NCBI GenBank assembly: GCA_963696385.1
Contig: CAVOKF010000006.1
Span: forward strand, 224,001-288,000
Length of the DNA stretch: 64,000 nt
Direction: 5' to 3'
Source: an uncultured delta proteobacterium
GTDB lineage: Bacteria > Myxococcota_A > Polyangia > Polyangiales > Polyangiaceae
Below the pieces are notes generated by a model. The model did no database searches, was not told the DNA's origin, and saw only the letters and a program-made list of their open reading frames with translations. This document shows, in pieces, positions 37,496 through 48,114 of the stretch. The translations under genes and the position numbers were made by a program. How positions within the stretch are numbered: the first letter of the stretch is position 1; the number at the start of each line of letters is the position of its first letter.

Positions 37496-39355
37496 TCACC
37501 CCGGGTTTTCGACGACACTGATGGTGTACGCGGGGACGGTGATCGTGAACGAAGAAGGTTTGAATCCCGAGACGCTGGATTGAGTTACGCCGGACGACGG
37601 ATCGGTCCCGTTGAAATTGCCTTGTCCGAAATCGTAGCGCGTCCCGCAGTTGCCGAAGGTCGCGCCGCTGAGGCTCACCGTCACGCTGTAGCTGTTGCTC
37701 GGGTCTCGGTTGACCAGCATGATCGCGTAACCGCCGTTGGCCTTCTTGACGGCATGAACGCCGATGAGGGTCGATGCGGAGGTGGCGCCGACGAACGTGT
37801 CTCCCGCCGCCGCGAGGATCCCCGCCATCATCGCCCCGTAGTAGGGCCCTTCCGGAGCCCCCGGATCGGCGTTCGCCAAGAACCCATCGTGCAGTTCCTG
37901 ATACTCGACGTTGACGACGCCGTTTTCGAACCAACTCGCGTACTCGTCCGCCGCATAAAGAGCGGTAGCCGGTCCGGTGACGCTTCCTGCGCCGCTCTCG
38001 GTGATGAGAAGCTCGATCTGACTCGCCCGTGCAGGGAGGGCCGTAGCCAGCTCGGCCTGCTCGCCCGACACGATGGCCGGGATCAGCAAGGGCGACTGCA
38101 AGCAGGTCGGCACGTCCATGCCACACGGATACCAGTGAATGATGACGAAATCGATGACGTCGCCGACGCCCTGAAGGACTTGGGCGTTGTACGGGGGATT
38201 CGCCGTATTGGGATAGACGTCCGGCGCCAGTTGGTAGACGCCGCACTTGATCGTCGAGTCAACGGCCTTCATCGCATTGATGAAGGCAACCGAGTTCGTT
38301 CCGTAAGCGAGCGGGGCCAAGACCGCCTGGCCGACTCGGTCGGCCGCGGTCTGATCCAGGTAGTGCAGATCGTATTCCCAATCCTCGTTTTGATAAAACC
38401 CGTTGCCCACATTTTCGTTTCCGATTTCCCAATAGGTGATCCCCCATTTGTTCGTGATGTTGGCGTACGTCACCCACGCAGCCGCTTCGCTGGGGTCCGC
38501 GGGCCCGTTGTTGGTCGTGTTCGATCCGTAATTGACGGTGATGATCGGCTTGATACCAGCCGGAAGGATCAGGGTGTTCATGAAGCTGTCGAAGGTGTCC
38601 GCCGTCGCGACGTAGTCCCCGCCATTGATCGTCGTCGTCTGCCAATTGAAGATGTCCGCGTACGAACCTCCCGGGTAGCGCAGGGCTTGGACGTTGCCGG
38701 CCTTGAGCGTCGTGGCGACGGCGGAACTGATGAGGAAATTGTCGTAGACGGCGGTATCGACTCCGATGCCGAAGGAGGACATGGTGGATTTGGTGGTGCC
38801 GAAGTTGACGCTGACGGTCGCGGTCATGTTGCCTGTGCCGGTCAGGTTGGTCGCCCCGGTGCAGGTCGTTGTCGCGTCCGGGGTCGTGCTTGCTTCGGGC
38901 GCCGCGTCCTTGGTCGACGCCGCGTCCGCGGTCGCGTCGGTACCGGATGCGGCGTCCAAGCCGGACGTTGCCTGTGCGCTCGACGAGGCGCCCGTACTCG
39001 AGTCCGCGGCGGCGTCCGCAAGCCCGGACCGAGCATCCATGCCTTGGCTGGGCGCCGAATCGCTTTCGCCGAGCGAGGCGTCCTCGTTGGCGATCCCCTC
39101 GGAACTCGACCCGCTGGAACTCGACCCGCCGTAAATCGACCCGCTGGAACTCGACCCGCCGTAAATCGACCCGCTGGAACTCGACCCGCTGGAACTCGAC
39201 CCGCCGTAAATCGACCCGCCGTTCGAGCTCGGCGTCCCGCTGCTGTTTTCGCCGTTTTGGCCATTGTCGGGGGCGCTGGCGGACGTCCCGCAGGCTAAGA
39301 GCGTCGAAACGATGGCCGTGATGGCGAACTTCGGGATGCGCATGGAAGGCGACAT
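37496..39355 (-). CDS. Clan GH-A glycoside hydrolase lipoprotein (GH51/GH44-like, arabinofuranosidase-like)
   Basis: Lipobox LLAC; LRYPGGSYAD, ITVNYG, YWEIGNE, ITE, and a C-terminal beta-sandwich. Confidence 0.8.
   Translation of the reverse strand: MSPSMRIPKFAITAIVSTLLACGTSASAPDNGQNGENSSGTPSSNGGSIYGGSSSSGSSSSGSIYGGSSSSGSIYGGSSSSGSSSEGIANEDASLGESDSAPSQGMDARSGLADAAADSSTGASSSAQATSGLDAASGTDATADAASTKDAAPEASTTPDATTTCTGATNLTGTGNMTATVSVNFGTTKSTMSSFGIGVDTAVYDNFLISSAVATTLKAGNVQALRYPGGSYADIFNWQTTTINGGDYVATADTFDSFMNTLILPAGIKPIITVNYGSNTTNNGPADPSEAAAWVTYANITNKWGITYWEIGNENVGNGFYQNEDWEYDLHYLDQTAADRVGQAVLAPLAYGTNSVAFINAMKAVDSTIKCGVYQLAPDVYPNTANPPYNAQVLQGVGDVIDFVIIHWYPCGMDVPTCLQSPLLIPAIVSGEQAELATALPARASQIELLITESGAGSVTGPATALYAADEYASWFENGVVNVEYQELHDGFLANADPGAPEGPYYGAMMAGILAAAGDTFVGATSASTLIGVHAVKKANGGYAIMLVNRDPSNSYSVTVSLSGATFGNCGTRYDFGQGNFNGTDPSSGVTQSSVSGFKPSSFTITVPAYTISVVENPG
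39103..39225. repeat. 15-bp-unit coding repeat (SIYGG / SSSSG)
   Basis: Alternating TCGACCCGCTGGAAC and TCGACCCGCCGTAAA units. Confidence 0.85.
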
Positions 39356-39627
39356 TTACGTATGACTAGCAACATCGCGCCCTTCGAGCCCACAGATCGG
39401 ACGGCTCGCGGCCGGACTTTCCGGGGAACCATCTGCCCTCGGCGTCACTATCGAACCTGGCTGTACGCAAGGGGGGCGGCAGGTGGCTCCGGAAGGCTCA
39501 TCCGGTGGGACTCGGAGCCGAGGCGCGGCGCGTTTCGCCGTCACCGCGCGGACGTTCGGCAGCCGGCTCGGTCGGCCGACGGTCGTCGCCTGCAGCGTCC
39601 GCGAGCCGGCCGCATTACCCTCGCGTC

Positions 39628-40203
39628 GTGGCCCGAACCAAGACGGTGGAGAAGAGCGCGCGCGTCGCGGTCCGTGACGATGGGTCGTTGCGGTTGGCGG
39701 TCGTGGCCGATACGCACTCCGCGATGCACCCCGGGACGACGACGCACATCGCGTCGCTGCATCCCGATGCCATCCTGCATGCGGGCGACATCGGCGATCT
39801 CGCCGTGGTCGACCAGCTCGCATCGATCGCGCCGATCTTCGCCGTTCGTGGGAACGTCGACGTGCGGGTGCCCGGCCTGCCGGACGTCCTGACGCTCGAT
39901 GTCGTCTCGGGCGATAGCTGCCTGGTGCGTATCCTGCTCCTGCACATGGCCGTCGACGGCCCGAGGTTGCGCGCCGACGCCGCCCGCCTCGCTCGCGCGC
40001 GAGACGCTGCGCTCGTGGTGTGCGGCCACTCGCACGTGCCGCTCATGGCTCGCCAAAACGGCATCTCGGTGTTCAACCCGGGCTCCGCGGGGCCACGCCG
40101 CTTTCGCTTGCCGATCGTGTTCGGCGCCATCGACGTCACGCCCACCGCCGTTCGGCTCGCGCACTTCGACTGCGAGAGCGGACAGCCGTGGAAGCCGAAC
40201 TAA
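39628..40203 (+). CDS. YfcE-like metallophosphoesterase
   Basis: ADTH, HAGD, RGNVD, GHSH, NPGS. Confidence 0.9.
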   Translation: MARTKTVEKSARVAVRDDGSLRLAVVADTHSAMHPGTTTHIASLHPDAILHAGDIGDLAVVDQLASIAPIFAVRGNVDVRVPGLPDVLTLDVVSGDSCLVRILLLHMAVDGPRLRADAARLARARDAALVVCGHSHVPLMARQNGISVFNPGSAGPRRFRLPIVFGAIDVTPTAVRLAHFDCESGQPWKPN

Positions 40204-40634
40204 GCCGCGCACCGCTCGGAACGGCTGGCCTGGCGAGTCTTGGATGATGGGGGCTCCGGACCGGTGGCATCCGTCGACGGCGATCCCCGGCCCGTCGCCT
40301 CGCCGCGATGCCGCCCCGTCGCACCGCCGCGATCTCGTTGCCCCCCGCGCGGCCGTCGCGTTTCGCCCGGGGGGGCCATTGGCGCTTTTGTTGACCCCGC
40401 CCCCGGATTGCTGAAACGCTTGGGCAGGCGATGGCCCGTCGAACCAACTGCGTGTCGAAGCCACCCCCCGCGGCGATCGCGCGCCACGCGGTGCGGCATG
40501 CGGCCGTGGCGCCTGGTTGCGGTCGCGTCGCCCGTGGAAGGGTGCCGGAACACAACGCGGCCAGGCCGTTTGCGTAAGTGCTCAGGGCCAACGGGAGCGG
40601 AGGTGCCGGCAACCTCCGAAGAGCAGGAGCAAAG

Positions 40635-40970
40635 ATGTCGACCGGATCCAAGTTCATCCCCGAATCTCTCGACACGCCCGTTGCGCCCCGGGCCGAGCCC
40701 GCCTCGGGAATCGTACGCGTCGCCCCGCGACGGGGGCAGGCGATGGCGCGCATCGCGCTCGTCCAACGGGCGACGTCGGAAAAGCGGGTGCCGGCGACGT
40801 CGGAAAAGCGGGTGCACTGGTACGCCGCGCCCGCTGGCTTTTGCCCTTGGTGCGGTTACGCGCTGTCGTCCGACGCGGCCCCGCTGCCGTGGGCCATCCT
40901 GCGGTGCCCCGAGGGCGCGTGCGAATGCACCGAGGGGCGCTCGGGCGCGGAGCGAACCGCTCCGGCCTGA
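40635..40970 (+). CDS. Small hypothetical protein with CPWC...CxxxxC cysteine cluster
   Basis: AGGAG ribosome-binding site. Contains a 24-bp tandem duplication (ATSEKRV twice) at about 40769-40816. Confidence 0.45.
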   Translation: MSTGSKFIPESLDTPVAPRAEPASGIVRVAPRRGQAMARIALVQRATSEKRVPATSEKRVHWYAAPAGFCPWCGYALSSDAAPLPWAILRCPEGACECTEGRSGAERTAPA

Positions 40971-41138
40971 GCCCCGCCCCATGCGCGGCGCTTCGAGCGA
41001 AACCTCGAGCGGTGGCGCGAGGGACCTCGGCGGCCCGCGGGACTCGTGGCGCGTTTTCCAGGCCAGTCTCCCTCGACGGCGTCCGTTCGGGGCGGGCTCG
41101 GCGAGACGTGTCGATGGGATGCTGCATCTATTCGAGGC

Positions 41139-42392
41139 ATGAACTCCAGTCGAGACCGCGCGCTCGCGATTCAGGCCCCGGACATCGGCCATTCCGGGGG
41201 AGACGAAATCACCCAAACCCGCGTCCGGCGAGCCCCGGACCCGGCGCCAGCGGGGGTACCCGACAAGCTGCGGATCGCCCTGGTCGCCGACACGCTTCAA
41301 GGTTGGATCGGCGGCGGCATCATTGCCGGCCGGCGGTTCGCCGACAAATTGCGCGAGAATCACAGGGTCATCGTGATCGGTGCTGCGCTGCCCGACTCCG
41401 ATCCCGATTGCGTCGAGATGCCCGGGTTCCAGTTGCCGTCGCGGGCGATGCGACAAATGCAGTTTTTCATGGCTCGGCCCGATCGCTACCGCCTGCGGGA
41501 TGCGTTCGCGCAAGTGGACGTGGTCCACCTTCACTTTCCGTTCTGGCTCTCCTATGTGGCGCTCGAAGAAGCGCGGTCTCTCGGGAGACCCGTGGTGGCC
41601 AGTTTTCACGTTCAACCGGAGAACGCGCTGCTCAACGTCGGCATCCGTTCGGCGGCTCTGAGTCGCATGGTGTATCGGCTCTGGATCGATCGGCTCTACA
41701 ACCGAACCGACGCGGTGGTGTGCCCGTCGGCGTTCGCCGAGAAGAGGTTGCGTGCGTACGGCCTGACGGTTCCGACGTACGTGGTCTCGAACGGCACTCC
41801 GCCGGACTTTCAACGGCGCAGGGTGACGCGCCGGCCATCGCCCGACGCGATGATCACCGTGCTGTCGGTCGGCCGGCTCGCCGCGGAGAAACGGCACGAC
41901 GTCTTGATTGAGGCCGTGACGCGCTCTCGTCACCGCGATCGTATCCAGCTGGTCCTCGCCGGCCCCGGAACGCTCGACCGCAAGCTCCAGAGGCGCGTCG
42001 ATCGGTTGCCCCATCGTGCGCAAATCGGATTCGTCGACCGGCCAACGCTCCAGGGGCTCTACGAATCGGCCAGCCTCTTCGTGCACGCGAGCGACATCGA
42101 GCTCGAAGGGATGGCGGTCGTCGAGGCGATGTCGACGGGCCTGCCCGTCCTCGTTTCCGACAGCGCCGAGAGCGCGGCGGGCGACTTCGCCATGGACGAT
42201 CGCTTCCGCTTCCCATCCGGAGACCCGCAGGCCCTCGCCGATCGCCTCGACGCGCTCCTCGACGACCCGGACCTTTTGAGTCTGGCGGGTGCCCACTACG
42301 CCGAGTTCGCGCAAACGCTCGACTTCGGTCACAGCGTGGATCGGCTCGTCGATATTTACCGAAGCCTCGTCGGAGTGCGCGTCACGCGCTGA
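41139..42392 (+). CDS. GT4-family glycosyltransferase
   Basis: DVVHLHFPF, FHVQPEN, VGRLAAEK, ELEGMAVVEAMSTGLP. Confidence 0.9.
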   Translation: MNSSRDRALAIQAPDIGHSGGDEITQTRVRRAPDPAPAGVPDKLRIALVADTLQGWIGGGIIAGRRFADKLRENHRVIVIGAALPDSDPDCVEMPGFQLPSRAMRQMQFFMARPDRYRLRDAFAQVDVVHLHFPFWLSYVALEEARSLGRPVVASFHVQPENALLNVGIRSAALSRMVYRLWIDRLYNRTDAVVCPSAFAEKRLRAYGLTVPTYVVSNGTPPDFQRRRVTRRPSPDAMITVLSVGRLAAEKRHDVLIEAVTRSRHRDRIQLVLAGPGTLDRKLQRRVDRLPHRAQIGFVDRPTLQGLYESASLFVHASDIELEGMAVVEAMSTGLPVLVSDSAESAAGDFAMDDRFRFPSGDPQALADRLDALLDDPDLLSLAGAHYAEFAQTLDFGHSVDRLVDIYRSLVGVRVTR

Positions 42393-42488
42393 GGCCGAAG
42401 AGCATCGCCCGGGACTCGCCACGGCTGCCTCCGATCGGAGTGCAGGCCGCGGCATCGGCTAGTCTGGCGAAAGGCGGCGAGGTCAGAG

Positions 42489-43784
42489 ATGCAGCGAGCG
42501 CCGGACCCACGGCAAGAAGTACCGGAGCGCTCATTTCGCCAGGTGGCACGTTATTTCCTGATCCTGAACCTCGTGACGGGTCTCAGCGACCCCGACGGAG
42601 GCATTGCACAGATTCCTGTCCAATTCATCCTCAAGGATACGCTGAAGCTCGGTCCAAGGGATATGGCATTCGCGCAATTCGTGATCGCCATTCCTCTGTC
42701 GGTGAGCTTTCTTTTCGGGTTCGTGAGAGACCGGTGGTCGCCGTTCGCGCGGCGCGATCGCGGCTATTTCCTTCTCTTCGGACCGCTCACGGCCCTGGTC
42801 TACCTCGCTCTGCCGCTCGGACGCCGGAGCGTACTTGCGCTCGTGCTGTCGATGTTCGCCGCCAACCTCTTTTCCCTTTTCGTTTCTGCGTCCTTGGAAG
42901 CTCTCACGACCCTGGTCGGCCAGGAAATGGCGATGACCGGACGGCTCGGCGCGCTCACCCAACTGGTCGATTCGGGACTGACTGCGTCGTCCTTCGTGCT
43001 CGGCGGATGGTTGCAGAGTCACACGAGCCCCGACACGTTGTTCAGGGGGCTTGCCGCTTTGAGCTTGCTCATTCTGCCGTTGGGGCTTTGGCGGCCCCGA
43101 TCCGTGTACGCGGGGCATGACCGAGCGGCGCCCCAAGCGCACACGACGGGTCACGAGATCCTGCGCTTCGCACGGCATCGGCCCCTCTGGCCGGCCATGC
43201 TCGTCTGGTTACTCTGGCAGTTCAACCCCTGCTTCGCGACGCCACTTTTCTTCACCCTCACCGATCGGCTTGGAGCGACGAGCAACCAATACGGCTGGTT
43301 CATGGGGCTCTTCTATCTATCGCTCGTGCCCGCGCCGATTGCGTATGGATTTTTGTGCAAACGAGTCCCCCTCTCGAGACTGCTCTGGTGGAGCACGGCG
43401 CTTGCGATTCCTCAGGTTCTTCCGCTGCTCTTTCTCAAAACGCCGACGCAATCGCTGCTTTTGGCACCGTTACTCGGGCTGCTTGGCGGCCTGCCCACAT
43501 GCGCGTATTACGATCTGATCCTGCGGTCCTGCCCGAAGGGGCTGGAAGGTGCGGCGATGATGATGAGCGGCACGATGCTCTTCGTGGCCATTCGATTCGG
43601 CGACATCCTCGGCTCATGGTTGTATGACCGGGGCGGGTTCGCACTCGCGGCTTGGGTCACGACTGCGGTCTACGCGTGCATTCCGGTCGTTCTGGCGTTC
43701 GTGCCCCGATGGCTGACCGCGCACCCGGATGGGGCCGGAGTCCTTCGACCGGCGGACGCCGGGGGCCCGCGGTGGCCGCCGTGA
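42489..43784 (+). CDS. MFS transporter (BT1/folate-biopterin-like)
   Basis: About 12 hydrophobic helices; FLFGFVRDRW and SCPKGLEG. Confidence 0.8.
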   Translation: MQRAPDPRQEVPERSFRQVARYFLILNLVTGLSDPDGGIAQIPVQFILKDTLKLGPRDMAFAQFVIAIPLSVSFLFGFVRDRWSPFARRDRGYFLLFGPLTALVYLALPLGRRSVLALVLSMFAANLFSLFVSASLEALTTLVGQEMAMTGRLGALTQLVDSGLTASSFVLGGWLQSHTSPDTLFRGLAALSLLILPLGLWRPRSVYAGHDRAAPQAHTTGHEILRFARHRPLWPAMLVWLLWQFNPCFATPLFFTLTDRLGATSNQYGWFMGLFYLSLVPAPIAYGFLCKRVPLSRLLWWSTALAIPQVLPLLFLKTPTQSLLLAPLLGLLGGLPTCAYYDLILRSCPKGLEGAAMMMSGTMLFVAIRFGDILGSWLYDRGGFALAAWVTTAVYACIPVVLAFVPRWLTAHPDGAGVLRPADAGGPRWPP

Positions 43785-43903
43785 GTCGACCGGCAGGGGT
43801 GTCGGTGCGCCCGCCCCTTGCCGTTACTGTTGCCTGTAGCAGCCGAGTGCGTCGCCGCCGTCGCACCCGGTTCTGGGGCTCGTGCAGGACATACACGTTT
43901 CGC

Positions 43904-46087
43904 TCATGGCCCATCTTGCCGTCCTACGATCCGAGGATCGAGCGTCACTGGGTGGGGGGCCGCGCGCCGGACGATGCCGGCGATCAGTGCGGCCCATCGC
44001 ACGATGCGTTCGAGCGCGGCCCCGATGCCGGTGGGAGTCGGTGGCGGCGGGGCGTGGGTGTCGGAAGCCGATCGGCCGCGGATCGCGAAGGTCGCAGCGG
44101 TGCGCAGGACCGCGCAGAGGTAGTCGGCGACGACGTCGGCGCCCGCGGTGGCCGCACCGTGGGGATCGCTCTGTGCGAGCACATCGATCGAAGTGAGCGC
44201 CGTACCCAGCCGCCTCGCGTAGGTGAGGAGCAGCATCGCATCGGCGGCGTAACCCCGGTCGCCGAGCGGCTCGGCCAACAAGCGCTCGAGAGCCGTCTCT
44301 GCCGCGCCCAAGGCAAGGCCGGTCGCGCGCCGAGCCCAATCCGTTCGCTCGTTGCCCCGCCGGCCGTGACCGGTGGAAAGCGCCCCAAGAACGGCGGATG
44401 CGTAGCGACTCAGGCAAGAAAGCGCTTCGGAGAGCGCATCGGGAAGGCGCCGTCGTTCCGACGAGGGCGCCACCAGCACTCCGGCGACAAATGCGACGGC
44501 CCCGCCGAGGATCGCGTCGCTCGCCCGAAGGGCGGCGGTGTGCCAATCGTGCGCGTGGCCCGTGACCAAGACGAATACGGGCGTCAAGAAGAAGGTAAAT
44601 AGACGGTAGCTGCGCGGGCGTGTCGCGACGGCCGCCACGGACAAGGGCACGAGCAGGATCGTGAGGGCTAACGGCGAGCGGACCGTGGTCGTGATGAGCA
44701 GAGCGAGGACGCATCCGAGCAGCGTGCCGACGACCCGTTCGCTTGCGCGCTTGACGGTTGCGGCGGGATAGGGCTGCAGGATGGCAAGGGTCGTGACCGT
44801 GACCCAGTACGCGCGGCTGGGCGAAACGACGTCGCCGATGAGCGACGCGGCCCCCGCGGCCAGAGAGACGCGCAACGCGTGTTCGGCGAAAGGCGAATGC
44901 AAGGACAGCGCATCGCGCAGCGCCCGAACGCGGGTGCGAAGGGCCGGCGCGCCGCGCTCGCCGTCGAACGCGCCCGTGTCGACGGCCGCCGCAACGGCAG
45001 TGGGCGTACCCGGGGGGGGCCGCTGGGGGGCGGACCGCCGTACCGGCGCGGAGGCGTTTCGGACGCCGGCGAGACTTCGCACCGCATCGACGGCCAGGTC
45101 CGCGGCATCCTCCGAACGCGCGGCGAGCCGTTCCGCAAGCGACATCGCCGCGGTCGGCGCCGGCCTGGGGATCGGGCGCAACCGCGCTGCCGGTCCCCGA
45201 AAGTCGCTCGAAGAAAGCACCGCCGCCACGGCACGGTTGGTCGCGGCGAGTGCCTTCAGGCGTGTCATCTCGAGCGCGAGCGGCGTTTCATGCGACTCGA
45301 TCTCGACGACCAGCGATGCGAGCAGTGGGAACTGAACCTCCGCTGCGCCGAGCAGGGCGCGAAGGGTACCGCCGAACTGAGTCTCGCCTTGACGGCGAGC
45401 GCGCCCCGCCAGCGCGGCTTCCCGCGCTGCTTCCAATGCGGCGCGAATCCTACGGTGATGCATCCGCAGCAAGTCCGTCCAGTTCGCATCGCTGCCGCCC
45501 GTCGTCCTGCTGGCACGCTCCGCGTCCTCGAGATACGAAGCGAGTTCTTCATAGACGAGGGCTACCGCGCGCCGGATCGGAAGATGAGTCCAAACCGGCC
45601 AGACGACCGACGAAACGACGAGGGCGAGCGTCCCGCCAAGGGCCCAGTAGACGGCGTCGGCGCCGGAGATCGTCGTCCGTCCGGAGGCGATGGCCGCGAT
45701 GATCGTCAAGAACGTTCCAAGGGTGCCGGCGGAGCCGCCGACCGCTCGCAGAAGCGACATCGCGAACGCGAGAGCCATCAGCGCCCCAGCTGCGAGCCAC
45801 CGCCAGCGCGACAGCTCTTCGAAGACAAAGACGAGGGGAGTGCCCATCGCGACGAACGTCACGAGGACCCGCGCGCGCCGGGCGCGCGGACCTCCGGGGT
45901 CGGCGAGCGTGCCAAACCAGCCGCCGAGCGCCATCCACGAAAGCTCGGAACGAGCCAGGGCCGTGGCCGCATAGAACGGCACGAGAGTCACGAAGGCAGC
46001 GCGGACGCCCCGGGCCACGTCGGGGGCAACGCTCCGCCATCGCGCCGTCAGGGGCCGACCGGGTGCTCCCATCGCCGACCCGATCAT
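43904..46087 (-). CDS. FUSC/YccS-family membrane protein
   Basis: LADPGGP, HALRVSL, YWVTVTTLAILQP, ERVVGTLLG. Start uncertain (46072-46138). Confidence 0.88.
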   Translation of the reverse strand: MIGSAMGAPGRPLTARWRSVAPDVARGVRAAFVTLVPFYAATALARSELSWMALGGWFGTLADPGGPRARRARVLVTFVAMGTPLVFVFEELSRWRWLAAGALMALAFAMSLLRAVGGSAGTLGTFLTIIAAIASGRTTISGADAVYWALGGTLALVVSSVVWPVWTHLPIRRAVALVYEELASYLEDAERASRTTGGSDANWTDLLRMHHRRIRAALEAAREAALAGRARRQGETQFGGTLRALLGAAEVQFPLLASLVVEIESHETPLALEMTRLKALAATNRAVAAVLSSSDFRGPAARLRPIPRPAPTAAMSLAERLAARSEDAADLAVDAVRSLAGVRNASAPVRRSAPQRPPPGTPTAVAAAVDTGAFDGERGAPALRTRVRALRDALSLHSPFAEHALRVSLAAGAASLIGDVVSPSRAYWVTVTTLAILQPYPAATVKRASERVVGTLLGCVLALLITTTVRSPLALTILLVPLSVAAVATRPRSYRLFTFFLTPVFVLVTGHAHDWHTAALRASDAILGGAVAFVAGVLVAPSSERRRLPDALSEALSCLSRYASAVLGALSTGHGRRGNERTDWARRATGLALGAAETALERLLAEPLGDRGYAADAMLLLTYARRLGTALTSIDVLAQSDPHGAATAGADVVADYLCAVLRTAATFAIRGRSASDTHAPPPPTPTGIGAALERIVRWAALIAGIVRRAAPHPVTLDPRIVGRQDGP

Positions 46088-46304
46088 GGTTCGCAACGGT
46101 CGCAGAATAGGTCGGCAGCGGGGTCGGCGCATCGCCATTTCCCAGGTGCTCGACCCCGGCGCGAGCGCACCGACGAAAACTTCCCGAAGGTCACCCGTCC
46201 CCGGCGCAGGCCGCACTCCGTCCGCCCTGGGACGGTCGAACGCGGCGGTCACACCGGCGGCTCGGCAGGCGCCGGCCGCCTGCGCAACGAAAGCAGCCAA
46301 GCCC

Positions 46305-47354
46305 GTGCCCATCGTAGAGAGCCCATTTGGAACTTTGGACGGCCGAGAGGTGAGCGCATACACGCTGACCGGTGCGCACGGCTTGGTGATGAAGGTCATC
46401 GACTACGGCGCCGCCGTGACGGAGCTTCACGTGCCCGACCGGAACGGCACGCTCGGCGATGTCGTGTCGGGGTTCGACGACCTCCGTGGGTATCGGAAGG
46501 GCACCGCTTACTTCGGCGCCACCGTGGGCCGCGTCGGCAATCGAATCCGAGGCGGACAATTCGACCTTGCGGGACGACCCTACCGCCTTGCGATCAACGA
46601 CCCGCCCCATCACCTGCATGGCGGCTGGAAGGGATGGGACAAGGTCGTGTGGAACGCGGAGCCGAGCGAGACCTCGAACGGACCCGCCATCGCGTTCACC
46701 TATGTCTCGAAGGACGGCGAAGAGGGCTATCCGGGGACCGTCACCGCGCGCGTGACGTATGCGTTGACGAACGACAACGAGTTCAGGATCGACATGGATG
46801 CCACGGCGGACAGAACCACCGTCGTGAACATGCTGCACCATGCCTACTGGAATCTTGCCGGGTACGATTCGGGCCCCGTCTTCGACCACGAACTCACGCT
46901 CGACGCCGACCTGTACACGCCCGGCGACCCGGTGGTTCCGAACGGCACGATGAAGCCGGTCGGCGGAACCCCGTTCGACTTTACGAGTCCGAAAGCCATC
47001 GGCAAAGACTTGATGGCCGTCGTGGTGGCCGGTAACCCGCCCGGCTACGACACCAACTTCATCGTCAAGGGCGACCCCCACGCACTTCGGCGCGCAGGGC
47101 GTGTGAGAGATCCCCGGTCCGGTCGGGTCATGACGCTCGAAGCCAACCAGCCGGGCGTCCAGTTCTACGCGGGACTATTTCTCGACGGAACCATCACGGG
47201 CAAGGGACACACGTACAAGCCGTACGACGCATTCTGTCTCGAGACGCAGAAGTTTCCCAATTCCATCAACGTACCGGCGTGGCGGGGCGACGTCATTCTC
47301 GAACCTGGCACCCCGTACCGGCACGTCATGGTGCATCGGTTCTCGACCGAGTAG
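46305..47354 (+). CDS. galM: Aldose 1-epimerase (galactose mutarotase)
   Basis: YFGATVGRVGNRI, HHLHGG, EEGYPG, HAYWNL, QPGVQFY, FCLETQKFP. Start uncertain. Confidence 0.92.
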   Translation: MPIVESPFGTLDGREVSAYTLTGAHGLVMKVIDYGAAVTELHVPDRNGTLGDVVSGFDDLRGYRKGTAYFGATVGRVGNRIRGGQFDLAGRPYRLAINDPPHHLHGGWKGWDKVVWNAEPSETSNGPAIAFTYVSKDGEEGYPGTVTARVTYALTNDNEFRIDMDATADRTTVVNMLHHAYWNLAGYDSGPVFDHELTLDADLYTPGDPVVPNGTMKPVGGTPFDFTSPKAIGKDLMAVVVAGNPPGYDTNFIVKGDPHALRRAGRVRDPRSGRVMTLEANQPGVQFYAGLFLDGTITGKGHTYKPYDAFCLETQKFPNSINVPAWRGDVILEPGTPYRHVMVHRFSTE

Positions 47355-47455
47355 ATGCCCGCGCGGGCTTGTCCAGAGCTTGCCCGAAGAGAGATCCGGT
47401 GCTCCGTTCACGGCCTCGGGTGGCGAAAGTCTCCGCCAACAATAGGATACTTAGC

Positions 47456-47728
47456 ATGCCTCGTGGAAGACCGTCCCCCAAGCTCGCCATTACCGTCCAC
47501 CCCGATGTCCATGGCCAGGTCCTGGCCGCGGCCGCCGCTCAGGGGATGAGCATCTCGGCGTGGATGACGGACGCCGCTCGGCGCGCGCTTCGGCGCGAGG
47601 AAGGTCTCGCGGCCGTCGGTGAATGGGAGGCGCAACACGGGCAGCTGACCGACAAGGAAATGCAGGAGGCTCGCCGTCGCGTGCGTGCGGCCGGCGCCCG
47701 TCGAGACCGGGCGCGGCGCTCCGCGTGA
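47456..47728 (+). CDS. RHH-type antitoxin
   Basis: KLAITVHPDV...GMSISAWMTDAARRAL...WEAQHGQLT; GTGA overlap with the PIN gene. Confidence 0.8.
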   Translation: MPRGRPSPKLAITVHPDVHGQVLAAAAAQGMSISAWMTDAARRALRREEGLAAVGEWEAQHGQLTDKEMQEARRRVRAAGARRDRARRSA

Positions 47729-48105
47729 ACGACGTCGTTTACGATGCCGCGGTGCTCATTGCGGCCGACCGCAACGCCCGGGGCGTGTGCCGACCACAAG
47801 GCGCTGCTCGAAAGATGGAGTCGTTGCGTGGGTTCCACGCGCCTGTGGTGACGCAGGTGAGTCGACACGCTCGTCAGGCACAGCTGCAGCGCTTTTTGTG
47901 CGGCTGTATCATCGTTCCACTGGATGAGGCCAGCGCCCATGCCGCCGGACGCCTGCTCGGCGCGGCGCGCGCGTCCGACGTCGTGGATGCGTCCGTCGTG
48001 GCGCTCGCAGTGCGCCACCGCGCCCGAATCATGACCGGAGACCCCGACGACATCGAAAGGCTCGTCGCCGCTTCCGGCATTCGGCTTTCGGTCATCGCGA
48101 TCTGA
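47725..48105 (+). CDS. vapC: PIN-domain (VapC-like) toxin, with apparent compensating indels at about 47790-47840
   Basis: VVYDAAVLIA, DVVDASVV, MTGDPDDI. ADHKALLE and DGVVAWVP appear in alternative frames. Confidence 0.75.
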   Translation: MNDVVYDAAVLIAADRNARGVCRPQGAARKMESLRGFHAPVVTQVSRHARQAQLQRFLCGCIIVPLDEASAHAAGRLLGAARASDVVDASVVALAVRHRARIMTGDPDDIERLVAASGIRLSVIAI

Positions 48106-48114
48106 CCCGGTCGC